Below are positions 13,233 to 27,170 of a stretch of 64,000 nt of DNA, piece after piece. Every line of letters begins with the position of its first letter. The first letter of the stretch is position 1. The notes beneath the pieces were generated by a model. The model ran no database searches. It saw only the letters and a list, made by a program, of their open reading frames with translations, and was not told where the DNA came from. The translations under genes and the position numbers were made by a program. Origin of the DNA: Octopus sinensis (taxonomy: Eukaryota); assembly GCF_006345805.1 (NCBI RefSeq), contig NC_042997.1, forward strand, positions 126,728,001 through 126,792,000. The letters run 5' to 3'.

Positions 13233-14071
13233 ATATATTATATTAATACATATATACATGCATGCATTAAATAATTTCAAATTATTGTTTACTTTGACTT
13301 CATTATTACAACCACACTCACACACAACAGGCTTCCATACAGTTTCCATCACCCAAGTTCTTTGATACAGTATTGGTCTATAGTAGAAGATACTTGCCCA
13401 AGGTGCTGTGCTGTGGAATTGAACCTAAAACCTTATGGTTACAAAGTGAGCTTCTTATTCACAGCCTTGCCTGTATCTGATGGCCACTTTTCTTTAACTC
13501 GAGGTGAATTCTGATCAAACAGATTTATGGTCATAAGCATTCCAACCATAACCACCCTTCTAGATGATTGAGTATGATTGAGTATATTTGGCTGCTAGTT
13601 ATAACAGATTGAGGAGGCACACAGAAGCTCTGTCTTTGACATGATGTGTATAGTAAATGGGTAATATTCATTCTTGTGGTTGTTGAGCAATTTTAATCCC
13701 TTACCAAATAGATTCCCAACAAATTGACTTGAAGAAAGTGTCAACTTAGCTAGAAATGTCCAGAAACGTTTTCACAGTTAAGAGATGATTCATAACCCCT
13801 AGAGATTAATTAAGTTAATCTATTGGCCGGCCATGTTTGTCCTCACAAGATGAACAGGTTTATTTATCAACCCTATGAGAGAACACTTGTGGATGACTAA
13901 CTAATGAAGGTATCAACCACTCAAATACACACACACACACACACTCATTATATATATATGTTCAGGAATGGCTGTGTGATAAGAACTTAGCTTCCCAAAA
14001 AGATGGTTCTGGTTTCAGTCTCACTGTGTGATACCTTGGGCAAGTGTCTTTTACTACAGCCCCTGGCTATG

Positions 14072-14117
<46 letters not shown>

Positions 14118-16651
14118 TATGTGTTAGCATGGAAAATGGATGTTAAACGATGATGATGATGATGATGATATATGGCGTGTGTTAAGAACTTAGCTTCCCA
14201 ATCAGATGGTTGTGGGTTCAGTCCCTCTGTGTAGTTTATATATATATATATGTGTGTGTGTGTGGCCGTGTGGTAAGAAAGTAGCTTCCCTACCACATGG
14301 TTCTGGGTTCAGTCCCACTGCATGGCATCTTGGGTAAATCTTTTCTACTATAGCTTTGTGCTGACCAAAACCTTGTGAGTAGATTTGGTAGAAGGAAACT
14401 GAAAGAAGCCTGGTGTGTGCGTGTGTATATATACATATATACATATGTATGTATACATCTATATGTGTGTGTCTTTGTGTCTCTGTTTGTTCCCCCATCA
14501 CCTCTTGATAACTGCTGTTGGTGTGTTTATGTCCCTGTAACTTAGCAGTTCTGCAATAGACACCAATAGAATAAGTACTAGGCTTTAAAAAATAAGTCCT
14601 GGGGTCAATTTGTTTGACTAAAATCCTTAAAAGCAGTGCCCCAGCATGGCCACAGTCAGACGACTGAAATAAGTAAACAAAATTAATGAGTACACACACA
14701 CACACATGTGAATATATTTCTTTTATTCTTTTACTTGTTTCAGTCACTAGACTGGGGCCATGCTGGAGCACTGCCTTTTAGTTGAAGACATCGACCCCTG
14801 GACTTATTCTTTGTAATCCTGGTACTTATTCTATCGGTCTCTTCTGCCAAACTGCTAGGTTACGGGGATGTAAATACACCAACATTGGTTGTCAAGCGAT
14901 GGTGATGGGGACAAACACACACACACACATAAATATATACATATATATATGACAAGCTTCTTACAGTTTCTTATTTCTTTATTGCCCACAAGGGGCTAAA
15001 CATAGAGGGGACAAACAATGACAGACAAACGGATTAAGTTGATTACATTGACACCAGTGTGTAACTGGTACTTAATTTATCGACCCCGAAAGGATGAAAG
15101 GCAAAGTCGACCTCTGTGGAATTTGAACTCAGAACGTAATGGCAGACGAAATACCTATTTCTTTACTATCCACAAGAGGCTAGATACAGAGGAGACAAAC
15201 AAGGACAGACAGACGAATTAAGTCGATTATATCGACCCCAGTGCGTAACTGGTACTTAATTTATTGACCCTGAAAGGATGAAAGGCAAAGTCAACCTCGG
15301 CGGAATTTGAACTCAGAACATAATGACAGACGAAATATTGCCAAGCTTTTCGCCCGGCGTGCTAACGTTTCTGCCAGCTCGCCACCTTTTTTGTCTACCA
15401 AATCCTCTCACAGGTCTTTGGGCAACCTGAGATTATAGTAGATAACACTTGTCAAAGGTGCCACACAGTGGTACTGAACCTGGAACCATGTAGCTGTGAA
15501 GCAAGCTTCTTATCACACAGCCACACCTGCACCTATATATATATACACATGTATGTATGCATGTATGTGTATATCTTTCCCCAATACGTATTGGTGATAG
15601 ATGTAAACATTGGTGAGAAAAACAATGAACTGGTGCTTTCAAACAAAAATACACTGTCTGGTATTTGTTCTGCCTGAGTTGTACAGACAATCCATTGTCA
15701 CTTTTCCATTTTAAATGCAGTGAACCATTGATTTGCCCATTGGAAACCTGTAATCAATAATCTTATTTAGTATTGATAAAATATTATATAAAATTTCAAA
15801 AAATATTTAAGAGGATATATATTTTTCTATATCTATTTATATTTTTAGTTTTTAAATTTTTTGCAGAATTTAAACTCTTAAAAATTTTATTTGTTTCATA
15901 TCATGTAAAAATATCTCCATGTTCTTTCATGTAGAAACAGAAATAGGTTTTTGTCTCCAAAGAGTTAAAACGTGCTTTACTTTATTTATCATCCCAATGG
16001 TGAGTGGTATTGAGTGCAATTGAAGCTTGCTTCCAGTTCTGAGTAAAATTCTGTTTTGCTCCTAGATGCAAGGATGGCTGTGTGGTTAAGCAGCTTGCTT
16101 TGCAACACCATATTTCCAGGTTCAGTCCTACAGCATGGCACCTTGGCCAAGTGTCTTCTACTATATAGCCCTGGGCAAACCAGTGCCTTGAAAAGAATAT
16201 TGTAGATGGAAACTATATAGAAGCTTGTCACATATGTGTGCAGCTGTGTGTGTGTGTGTGTGTGTGTGCCTGTATGAGTGTCTATATGTGTGCATGTGTG
16301 TGTGTGTGTGCATGTGTGAGTGTCTGTATGTGTGCATGTGTGTGTGTGTGTGTGTGTGCATGTGTGAGTGTCTGTATGTGTGCATGTGTGTGTGTTGCCC
16401 CTCCCCCTCCCCACTGCTTGAAAACTGGTATAGGTTTACATTCTCTTAGCTTAGCAAATTTTAGAAAACGGCACATAAAGTACTGGTGGTTGATTTGTTC
16501 AACTAAAACCCTCCAAAGTATTGCTCCAACATGGCCACAGTCCAATAACTGAACCAAGTAAAAGATAGGGAAAGAAGAGAAGGTTACTAGTTTGCTTATA
16601 CCATCCATGCACCTGCAGATAACACATGACTTTTCTTTTATCTTCCACCAG

Positions 16652-16789
16652 GTACTTCAGGAACGATCTCAGAAAGATTCAGATGCCAAGGAGTTTTTAA
16701 ACGAAAGACAAAATCTCTTTAATAATCAGAGGAAACGAACAGATGGAAACAAAAATTATAATGCTCTAAAATTTTTGCTGGAATATTAA
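16652..16789 (+). CDS. Terminal coding exon of the Munc13-4/BAIAP3-like gene
   Basis: Polypyrimidine tract with CAG acceptor at 16649-51, phase 0 matching the 4138 donor. VLQERSQKDSDAKEFLNER resembles the post-C2B LxxRxxDxxAxxF helix of Unc13D/BAIAP3. Ends in TAA. Confidence 0.8.
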   Translation, partial: VLQERSQKDSDAKEFLNERQNLFNNQRKRTDGNKNYNALKFLLEY

Positions 16790-16852
16790 AGTCAATGTTA
16801 TTTTGAACAAATATGGCTTCAGTTTCAAATCATATTCATACATGAGATTGAA

Positions 16853-16929
16853 AATAAAATAAATTATTTGTACTTTTCTATAGACTGTTTTGGTTTATTT
16901 TTTTCTTAAATGTTCAAAATTTAAATAAA
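16853..16929 (+). promoter_or_regulatory. Candidate polyadenylation signals
   Basis: AATAAA at 16853, 16858 and 16924, downstream of the stop codon. The AT-rich context lowers specificity. Confidence 0.45.
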
Positions 16930-17106
16930 ATAGTGAAAGGTATATTATATACACATTATATACATATTTGTATTATATATGTATATGTATATATAAATGT
17001 ATATGCATGCATATGTGTGTGAGTGTGTGTATGTATGTGTGTGCATATATATATGTGTGTGTGTGTCTATATAAGAATATATATATATATCTCTATATCT
17101 ATCTAC

Positions 17107-17147
<41 letters not shown>

Positions 17148-17271
17148 TATATAAGTGTACTTTTAAACACAAGAGAAGCTACCTTTAACAGGTAGTTTTA
17201 CTGCTATAGCCTCAGGATGACCAACGCCTTCTGAGTGGGTTTCGTAGACATAAACTGAAAGAAGCCCATCA

Positions 17272-17321
<50 letters not shown>

Positions 17322-17973
17322 AATATAAGAGGGAATTTTATATTTTTGTTACTTTTCATTTGTCTTGCTCGCTTACGTTTCTGGTGTGCTAAATTTTTCT
17401 GGAGAACAATTCTTAGTGGTTAAGACCATAGCGGATCTTCTTCTAGCATAAGGTTTTCCACATTGTGCATAAAAAATATTCCATCTTATATTTATGTATG
17501 AAATACTATTTACTGAATCTCAGTTTTTTTTATATGCTAGACCACTGGTGTTAAAATTGATGTTATCAAATTAATATCCAATATTTCACCCTCATTTTGA
17601 TTATATATATATATATGTATGTATGTATGTGTTTGTGTGTCTATGTTTCTCCCCCTGCCATAGCTTGACAACCGATGCTGGTGTGCTTACATCCCCATAA
17701 CTTAGCTGTTCAGCCAAAGAGACTGATAGAATAAGTATTATGCTTACAAAGAATAAGCTCTGTGGTCGATTTGTTTGACTAAAGGTGGTGCTCCAGCATG
17801 GCTGCAGTCAAATGACTGAAATGAATAAAAGAGTAAAAGAGAAATGATTCCAGTTGACTTTTTTCATATCAACTGTTTTGTTTTGCAGTTCCATATTTAA
17901 GAGACAAGGAATTATGTAGATTATTTACATTATTTACATTTGATGGATATTTGTCCTCATCCTGTTTGTTCTT

Positions 17974-18019
17974 AACACCATGTTTCGGCTGATATACCCT
18001 CCAATCTTCATCAGGTGTC
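17974..18019 (-). ncRNA. Decayed minimal type-I hammerhead ribozyme
   Basis: GACAC CUGAUGA A GAUUG..CAGCC GAAA C AUG GUGUU. The cleavage triplet is mutated to AUG. Confidence 0.6.
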
Positions 18020-18380
18020 TTGATGAAATTTCGAACCTGGGTTCTCATTCCTAAGGTATTTATTAATGTTGTTATTATTATTATTGGCACATAAAAAAAA
18101 CCATCTGAGCGTGGCCGTTCGCCAGCCTCGTCTGGCACCTGTGTCGGTGGCACATAAAATCACCCACTACACTCTTGGAGTGGTTGGCGTTAGGAAGGGC
18201 ATCCAGCTGTAGAAACACTGCCAGATCTGACTGGCCTGGTGCAGCCTTCGGGCTCCCCAGACCCCAGTTGAACCGTCCAACCCATGCTAGCATGGAAAGC
18301 GGACGTTAAATGATGATGATGATGATGATGATTATTATTATTGTTATTATTGTTATTTTTATTATTATTATTATTACTAT

Positions 18381-18569
18381 TATTCAGGTCACTGCTTGGA
18401 ATCGAATTCGGAATCTTGGAGTTAGTAGCCAACGCTCTTAACCACTATGCCTTATGCCTAGCCTGCACTCTTCACCACTACGCTATATACCATGGGCATA
18501 TGGCATAGTGGTTAAGAGTGCGAGCTACTGATCGCAAGATTCCGAGTTTGATTCCGAACAGTGAGCTGA

Positions 18570-18570
<1 letters not shown>
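18381..18570. mobile_element. Head-to-head pair of ~80-bp tRNA-like short SINEs
   Basis: 18381-18455(-) and 18493-18570(+) share GGCATAGTGGTTAAGAG.G..GCTACT..C.CAAGATTCCGA.TT.GATTCC. A partial third head lies between them. Confidence 0.7.
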
Positions 18571-18612
<42 letters not shown>

Positions 18613-18650
18613 CGAAGAAGAAGAAGAAGAAGAAGAAGAAGAAGAAGAAG

Positions 18651-18680
<30 letters not shown>

Positions 18681-18681
<1 letters not shown>

Positions 18682-19055
18682 CTGAGCTGAATGCGTATAA
18701 TAAGGTGTTAGCCATAAATTCCTTAGCAGTCCCAGATGTGCTTTATAGCTTCAATGTGCTTAACTGGAATACCAGTGAAATAATGAAAACTGACAGAAAA
18801 ATTCGCAAGCTACTGACTTGTAATAAGATGCACCATCAAAAGGCAGACGTGGATCGTCTTTACCTTCCCAGAGCTCAGGGAGGACGAGGTTTGATCCAGC
18901 TTGAACTTACGTACAAAACCACCACAATTGGACTGGCCAAATACCTTGAAGCAACCAACGATTAGATGCTAAAACTTGTTGAAAAACATGAAAGACCGAA
19001 AAAACTTCACTCTATTCTCAAAGAGAGCAAAAAATTCGCTACTGATCTCTTAGAT
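18681..19055 (+). mobile_element. R4/Dong-clade non-LTR retrotransposon RT-thumb fragment
   Basis: SELNAYNKVLAINSLAVP..YSF..W..DRKIRKLL..HHQKADVDRLYLPRAQGGRGL, with one in-frame stop. Confidence 0.85.
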
Positions 19056-21221
19056 ACCTACCAGATCGATCAGGCAGTACTGGCAATGACTATGCTCAAA
19101 TGGTGTTTTCTACATGCCACCAGTTTGTACACCCACCTCTTGACAACCAGTATTAGTTTGTTTATGTCCTTGTAACTTAGCAACTTAGCAATCATTTCAG
19201 CAAAACAGACAGATAGATTAAGTACCAGGCATTCAAAAAGAAAAAAAGAAAGAAAAAAAACAAACAAAAAAACAAAAACAAAGCACTGGTGGTTGATTGG
19301 TTTGACTAAAACCCACTAATGTGGTGCCCCGACACGACTACAACCCGGTGACCGAAACCAGCAAAAAAATAAAGATACGACCTGCTACTAGAAGAAAGTT
19401 ACCTTTATCTGGCCTAAATATTACATTGTGCATATCTGTGTATTACATACAGTATTGAATTCTTCATAGCTTATTATGCAATGGCTAAGCAATATACTGC
19501 AAATCTCATTGTGACATATGCAATATTAAAATTATTTCTCAAGTGCTCTGCAACATATATCGAAGTATCCAAGTGATAAAGCTATCATGCAACATCTGTC
19601 ATAGCTGATATGACGCAGATTGCATGCAATTTGCATCATGTTGCAGATATTGAAATGCTGCACAATCCGTGCATGCAATGGTAATGCTGTATTCAGGGCA
19701 TTATATAATTTTATCTTTTGTTTGTTTTCGGTCATTGAACTGTGGCAATGCTGGAGGCACTGCCCTGAAGGATTTTGTTCAAGCAAATTGACCTCAGGAG
19801 TTGTTATGTTTTTAAGGTTAGTGCTTAGTGTTTTGTGTTTAGTGTTTAGTGTATTGTTCTCTTTTGGTGTACTGCTAAGTTACAGGGAGGTAGACAAACC
19901 AGCAACTGTTGTCAAGTGGTGAGTAGACAAAGCCAAGCACACACACAAACACATACAAACAGAGACACAGACACATGCCCTCACACATACACACTCATAC
20001 ATACACTCACACTCACTCACACACACACACATACACTCGCACATGCACATACACACACACACACATGCGATCACATGCTCTCACACACATACCCTCACAC
20101 ATACACATTCATGCACACTAACACACACACACACTCACACATTCACACACATGCTGTCACACACACACACTCATACATACACTCACACACACACTAACAC
20201 ACACACTCACACATTCACACACACACACTCACACACACATGCACACACAAATATGATGGGCTTCCACATAGTTTCTTATTTCTTTATTGCTTACAAGCGG
20301 CTAAACATAGAGTGGACAAACAAGGACAAAGAGTTTAAGTTGATTACATCGACCTGAGTGCGTAACTGGTACTTAATTTATTGACCCCAAAAGGATGAAA
20401 GGCAAAGTCGAACTTGACGGAATTTGAACTCAGAACATAGCAGCCGAGCAAATACTGATAAGAATTTCGCCCAGCGTGCTAACATTTCTGCCAACTCACC
20501 TGTGTGGCTTCCACACAATTTCTGGTTACCAAATTCACTCACAAAACACTGGTTGGAGCAGGGCTATAGCAGAAGACTACTTCCTCAAATGTCATGAAGA
20601 AGGACTGAACCTGAAGCCATGTGGATGCAAAGCAAGTTCCTTAACCACACAGCCATACGTGCACCTTCATCTGTATTACAATGTACCCCACAAAAAGTGA
20701 TGGTACCTTTATACTACTCTGTACTTTGCATTAGTATGTGGCTGCACCTGACATTGCATCAAACACTGCCACTGCAATAAGAGATCCCTTATGCAATTGA
20801 TAAATGTCGCCTGACTGGCACCCATGCCGGTGGCACATAAAAAGCACCATATGGGCGTGGTCATTGCCAGTGCTGCCTGACTGGCACCCGTGCATATAAA
20901 AAGCACCATGTGAGTGTGGTCAATGCCAGTTGCTGCTCAACTGGCTCCCATGCCTGTAGTGTGTAAAAAGCATCATTCGATCATGGTCGATACCACCTGA
21001 CTGCCCTCCACCCCATGCTGGTGGAACGTAAAAAGCACCCGCTACACTCTCAGAGTGGTTGGCATCAGGAAAGGCTGTAGAAACCTTGCCAGATCAGATC
21101 GGAGCCTGGTGCAGCCTCCTGGCTTGCCAGTCCTCAGTCAAACTGTCCAGCCCATGCCAGCATGGAAAACAGATGTTAAACAATGAAGATGATAATGATG
21201 ATGATGAGAACTTGCAAACTT

Positions 21222-21480
21222 TCAAATCCCTTCTAAAGTGAGGACCCTCATGTATTTGATAGAATAATGACAAATAGCAACCACTTAAATACCTTCAAAT
21301 GAGGGTAGTCAATAAAAGTTCTAGAAATAGTAGCCTCTTAAATCTCCTCTAGTGAAAGATGCATTATGGTATTGATAAAAGAATTAGAAAAAAGCTGCCC
21401 TTCAAATCCTTTCAAATGAGGGACTCCTTATTTAGTTGATAAAAGTATCAGAAAAAGTAACCCCTCAAATCTCTTCAGGT
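21222..21480. repeat. Diverged ~55-62-bp tandem repeat, about 4 units
   Basis: Recurring AAATCC(C/T)TTC..A(A/G)TGAGG ... TTGATAAAAG ... GAAA(A/T)AG(T/C)A.CC.CT. Confidence 0.6.
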
Positions 21481-21631
21481 TATTTATCTAAATATTATTT
21501 TAAATAAGAAAATAAGGAATTATATAATTTAATCAAAGATACTTCTTGGAAAACAAGATGGAAATAGTTGGAAGTAGTTAACCATAGGTTTACTTCACTT
21601 GCAGTTAACCCTTTAGCATTTAAATTAGCTA

Positions 21632-22425
21632 TCATCATCATCATCATCATTTAATGTTCGCTTTCCATGCTAGCATGGGCTGGAGGATTTGACTGAGGAC
21701 TGGTGAACCTGATGTCTACACCAGGCTCCAATTTGATCAAGCAGAGTTTCTACAGCTGGATGCCCTTCCTAACACCAACCACTCGAAAGTGTAGTGGGTA
21801 CTCTTACGTGCCCCTGGCATAAGGGCTAGTCAGGTGGCACTAGCAATGGCCACACTCAAGTGGTGTTTTTTACGTGCCACCTGCATAGGAGCCCGTCCAG
21901 TGGCACTGCCAATGACCTCGCACAAATGTTGTTTTTCACGTGCCAGTAAGGCAATGCTGGTAACGGTCATGTCTGAATGGTGCTTTTTATGTGCCACTGG
22001 CATGGAAGCCAGTCAGCTGCTCTGGCAGCAATCATGCTCAGATGGTGCTCTTAGTGCTCCACTGGCACAGATACTAGTCATCGAATTTGATTTCAATTTC
22101 GATTTCGATTTCGATTTCACTTGCCTCAACAGGTCTTCGCAAGCAGAGTTTAGTGTCCAATGAAGGAAAGGTATGCATAAGTGGGCTTGTTACACCCCTG
22201 GCATAGGCTACGAGGTTATGGTTTCACTTGGCTTGCAAGGTCTTCTCACGCACTGCATATTTCCAAAGGTCTCGGTCACTAGTCATTGCCTCGGCGAGGC
22301 CTAATGTTCGAAGGGCATGCTTCACCACCTCATCCCAGGTCTTCCTGGGTCTACCTCTTCCACAGGTTCCCTCAAATGCTAGGGTGTGGCACTTTTTCAC
22401 ACAGCTATCCTCATCCATTCTCACC
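21632..22425 (-). mobile_element. RTE LINE 3' end
   Basis: MRMDEDSCVKKCHTLAFEGTCGRGRPRKTWDEVVKH, then UTR and (GAT)n. Confidence 0.9.
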
Positions 22426-23396
22426 AGGCCAAAATGCTCTACCTATTTTGTGTTCAAACTAACCAGATCTGGCCTCTCACACCTATCATCATCATCATCA
22501 TCATTTAACGTCCGTTTTCCATGCTAGCATGGGTTGGACGGTTCAACCAGAGTCTGGGAAGCTAGGAGGCTGCACCAGGCTCCAGTCTGATCTGGCAGTG
22601 TTTCTACAGCTGGATGCCCTTCCTATTGCCTACCTCTCCATGAGTGTAGTGGGTACTTTTTACATGCCAACGGCACAGGGGCCAGAGGAGGCTGGCAACT
22701 TCCACAATCAGTTGGTGCTTTTTACGTGCCACTGGCATGGAAGCCAGCCAAGGCAGCGCTGGCATCAGCCACATTTGGATGGTGCTTTTTACGTGCCACT
22801 GGCACAGGTATCACAACTACAATTTCCATTTGATTTTTATTTTGATGTTGATATACTTGACTTAGGAGGTCTCCTCAAGCACAGCAGGTCGACCCACGAT
22901 CCAAGGTAAGCCCCACGGGTCATCCTGCGATCCAAGGTACTTTGAATGGGCTGGGTTTTGTTGTGTGAAGCTGGTATCTTAAAAATAAACAATCACATCA
23001 TTGAAAGCTTGAAGCTACAACATAATGCTTGGTTAATTTCAAAACAATATGAATAAATAAACTTTGCATTGGACAGAGTAATCTGAATGCTAAAAGGCTT
23101 AAACAACACTACTATCAACAACTGAAACAAATATTGCATTACTATTATAGGGTACCACAACACAGAGTGGTACCACTTCACACTGTGGTACCAAATCATT
23201 TCATGTAGAATGTGGAGTATAGTATAGCAAAATACTTCAGTGTCTTGTGGTATACTGAAACGTTATAGTACAGTACATAGTGGTACAATAGAAAACAGTA
23301 ATGCAGTTTTTAGTAATACAGTGTAAGAGCATAGTGCACTGTGTGTGCATTTGGTGGCACTGTATAACACCGCAGTGTACTGAATTTTTTTATAAT

Positions 23397-23667
23397 AGAA
23401 TAATAATAATGAAATTATTGTATACAGTGCTCAGGTGCACCACAACTTGTCAAAAGTGCATATAAAGCATATGCAATAATGTACAAATGTGAACAGTGTA
23501 TGAGTCAGATACATGCTTGCGTGTGTATGGAGGGGAGAAAATCAGGTGTAGTGTTGGTGAATCTCAGGAAGCATGGAAGTTTTGAAGGAGGCAGTGCTCT
23601 GACAACTAACAACTGATGCCGGCAGTTTGTTTGTTCCATACTTCAGCAACTCTTAGCATGAAAAAAT
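23397..23667 (-). mobile_element. CR1/L2-type LINE 3' end
   Basis: FMLRVAEVWNK..LPASVVSCQSTASFKTSMLPEIHQHYT-stop (RV..WN.LP..VV...S...FK motif). Confidence 0.75.
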
Positions 23668-24562
23668 GGCAGTGCAGTGTAAGAACATAGAGCAGTGTGT
23701 GTAGGTGTGTAGGCTACAGTGTATCTCAATTAAACAGGATGTAGTGGTAACAGGTAAATACAGTGCAATACCACCCTATACTGCACTGCTTATTACACTG
23801 CACTCCAAGACACTATACAACATTGTTATAGTGTAGCACCTCTTATTTCACTGTTCCACTGTTCCACTAGACATTGCTTTGTTACACTGCAAATATCAAA
23901 GAAATTCTGTGTCTCATTGACTGGAGCACTTTGTGAAAATGTGAAGTGACTGCTGTTGCCATAGATACCTGTTGATCATTGTTCTGTGATACTATGAAGA
24001 TAAAAGTGATGTCATCATCTTCTTCGTTGCCATTGGTTACTTTAGAGATGTTTGATAGACAGCAGTTGGCAAGATAAAACAGCAGACTGGTGTGATATCT
24101 CTGCTAATCTGTTATATAACACCCATGTAAAGCAACAAAAAGACAAAAATAACAACATACTCATACAGTTACTAATACGCATACATTTGTACATACACAG
24201 ACATACTTGAGGATGCATACGTATACTTGTATTAATACGTATGCACTCAAAAACATTCACTCATTTAAATGAGTAGTTGGAATTTATACTCATTTAAATG
24301 TATATATATATGTAGGGATCTAGCTTTACCCTGCCTGAGATTTGAAACCAAATCCACTCGCTTGTTGCTTGTCAAAAAGAGGGGGTGGGAGCGGAATCTA
24401 CTGTATTTCATTTCCAGACTTCCATGAAAACATATCTGGCCATGGGAGGATAATAATTTACTTGGAAACAGGTAAGGGTTGATGACTGGAAGGGCATACC
24501 TTAGTGGAAAATCTACCTCAATGAATTACATCTAACATATGCATGGTAAAGTGGATGTGAAA

Positions 24563-24596
24563 ATGATGATGATGGTGGTGGTGATGATGATGATGG

Positions 24597-24628
<32 letters not shown>

Positions 24629-24629
24629 C

Positions 24630-24675
<46 letters not shown>

Positions 24676-24912
24676 GGTGATGATAATGATAAAAGTGATG
24701 ATGGTGATGCTGATGATGGTGATGCTGGTGATGATGACGATGGTGATGATGATGAAGGTGATGATGATGAAAGCGATGATGAAAGCGATGATGATGATGA
24801 TGACGACAGTGGTGATGATGATGATGACGATGGTGAAGATGATGATGGTGATAATGATGATGATAAGGATGATGATCATGATGATGGTAATGACGGTGGT
24901 GATGATGATGAT
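24563..24912 (+). repeat. Expanded imperfect (GAT)n microsatellite at a retroposon tail
   Basis: Follows GCATGGTAAAGTGGATGTGAAA, a variant of the RTE 3' terminus. Similar arrays are at 33038-33165, 38822-38910 and 44415-44950. Confidence 0.9.
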
Positions 24913-26375
24913 AAATAAACCAATAAGTCACCACACTTTCCACTCTTATTCCCATATTCGCTGTCCACCTCGTCTCTGAAGACAATTCAATGCATTAAAA
25001 CTTTTAATGGTGGACTGGCAGAATTGTTAAAGCATCAAACAAATATGGTTTCACACCTAAAAACCACAAAACTGCCTAAAAGCATGTTTTGAAAATAGAT
25101 ATTTTAATGTCACTTTTTTTTATATAGTTGAAACCATAGGGAAAAACGAAATTTTCCAAAACTGGTACAAAACCAATCCTTTCAATGCTACTCCCCTTCT
25201 TCTAGTTCAGGGGTTTTTTGCTTTGACCCTGTCAGTGTTGGTACCACATAAAAAGTACAGGTGCTGGGGCCATGTAAAAAGCATCCGTTTACACTCTGTA
25301 AAGTGGTTGGCATTAGGAAGGATATCCAGCTGTGGAGACCAAGCTAAAACAGACAATAGAACATGGTGTGGCCCCTGGCCTTGCTAATTCTTGTGAAACT
25401 GTCCAACATGGGTTAATGTTGGACAGCATGGAAAAGGGACGTAAAGTGATGACGATGGTGATGATGATGATGATGATAATGATATCTTTGTGATTAAGAA
25501 GTTTGTTTTCTAAGAATGTGGTCATCTTGGACAAGGGTCTTCTACCATAGCCCCAAGCAACCAAAAGCTTCTTTGGAGATTTTGTTGCCTGAAACTGAAA
25601 GAAACCTATTATATATATATATATATATCTCATGATCATCATCATGATCATCATGATCATCATCATTATCATCATCATCATCGTTTAATATCTGTTTTCC
25701 ATGTTGGCATGGGTTGGACGGTTTGACTGAGGACTGGCAAGCCAGATGGTTGCACAAGGTTCCAATCTGATCTGGCAGAGTTTCTACAGCTGGATGCCCT
25801 TCCTAATGTCAACCACTCCGAGAGTGTAGTGGGTACTTTTACGTGCCACAAGAACGAGGGCCAGTCAGGCGGTACTGGCAATGGCCATGCTCAAAGTGTT
25901 TTTTATGTGGCACCTACACAGGAGCCAGTCCAGCGACACTAGCAATAACCTTGCTCGAATGTTTTTTTACATGCCACTGGCACAAGTGCCAGTAAGGCAA
26001 TGCTGGTAAAGATTACACTCAAATGGTGCTTTTTACATGCCAGTGGTATGGGGGCCAGTCAGTGGCCTTGGTAACGATCTCACTTAGATGGTGCTCTTAG
26101 CGCTCCACTAGCATGGATGCCAGTCATGCAGTGCTGTCATCGAATTTGTTTTTGATTTCACTTGCCTCAACAGGTCGTCGCAAGCAGAAATTAGTGTCCA
26201 ATGAAGGAAAAGTACACATAAGTGGGCTGGTTACACCACTGGCATAGGCCACGGGTTATGGTCTCACTTGGCTTACTGGGTCATATATGTATATATATTT
26301 CTAAATGTAGAACGATGAGATGAGTGCACAACACTGCATTGGTGGATGTATAATTTCTTTATTTGTGAATTAAGG

Positions 26376-26441
26376 CCACAATTGGTTTCATGTTAAGAAG
26401 AGTAGGAAATTATCCTAGTATCTCAACAATTTTTCAAGTTG
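26376..26441 (-). ncRNA. Strongly decayed hammerhead-like motif with extended stem II
   Basis: CAAC UUGAAAA AU UGUUGAGA..UAGGA-uaauu-UCCUA..UCUUAACA U GAAAC CA AUU GUGG. Two core transitions relative to CUGAAGA. Confidence 0.35.
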
Positions 26442-27170
26442 ATCACATGGAGAAAGGTGGCTGTATGGTTAGTAGCTTGCTTACCAACGACATGGTTCCG
26501 GGTTCATTCCCACTGCGTGGCACCTTGGGTAAGTGTCTTCTACTATAGCCTTGGGCCGACCAAAGCCTTGTGAGTGGATTTGGTAGAAAAATCGTATATA
26601 TGTGTATATATATGTATGTGTGTGTATATGTTTGTGTGCCTGTGTTTGTCCCCCTAACATCACTAGACAACCAATGCTGGTGTGTTTATGTCCCCGTAAC
26701 TTAGTGATTTGGCAAAAGAGACCACTAGAATAAGTACTAGGCTTCTAAAGAATAAGTCCTGGGATTGATTTGCTTGACTAAAGGTGGTGCCCCAGCATGG
26801 CTGCAGTCAAATGACTGAAACAAGTAAAAGAGAGAAAGGGAAAGAAATATATATATATTAAATGATTGATAGGGACGATAGAGTGTACTGTAAGCTTTGT
26901 TTAGCATGACAATCATTTTGGCTTAGATCAGCACTGCTCCCTAGTGGGTGAGGAACGATATAATGGAATTGAATGTACCTTACAGTGCAGAAGAAACCTC
27001 ATCAGGTTACATAATGTGTTACAGCATTACAATATGTACATTTTGTTACTCTGCATGGAAGGATGGTGTTGGTATATTACATACATTTATAGTAGTTCAC
27101 AAATCCATACCAACTTCATTCTGACACACACACAGTAGTGAAATATACATATAACACTGTAGCATATTAT

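Noticed and set aside
17371-17448. Minus-strand GCU-AGAAGA...GAAAC GUA AGC
   Set aside because: The 3' half looks like a hammerhead, but the CUGA box is broken and no stem II closes.
21222-21480. Regularly spaced repeats as a CRISPR-like array (also the RTE UTR units)
   Set aside because: Whole units are diverged copies with no unique spacers, in a eukaryotic context with no cas genes.
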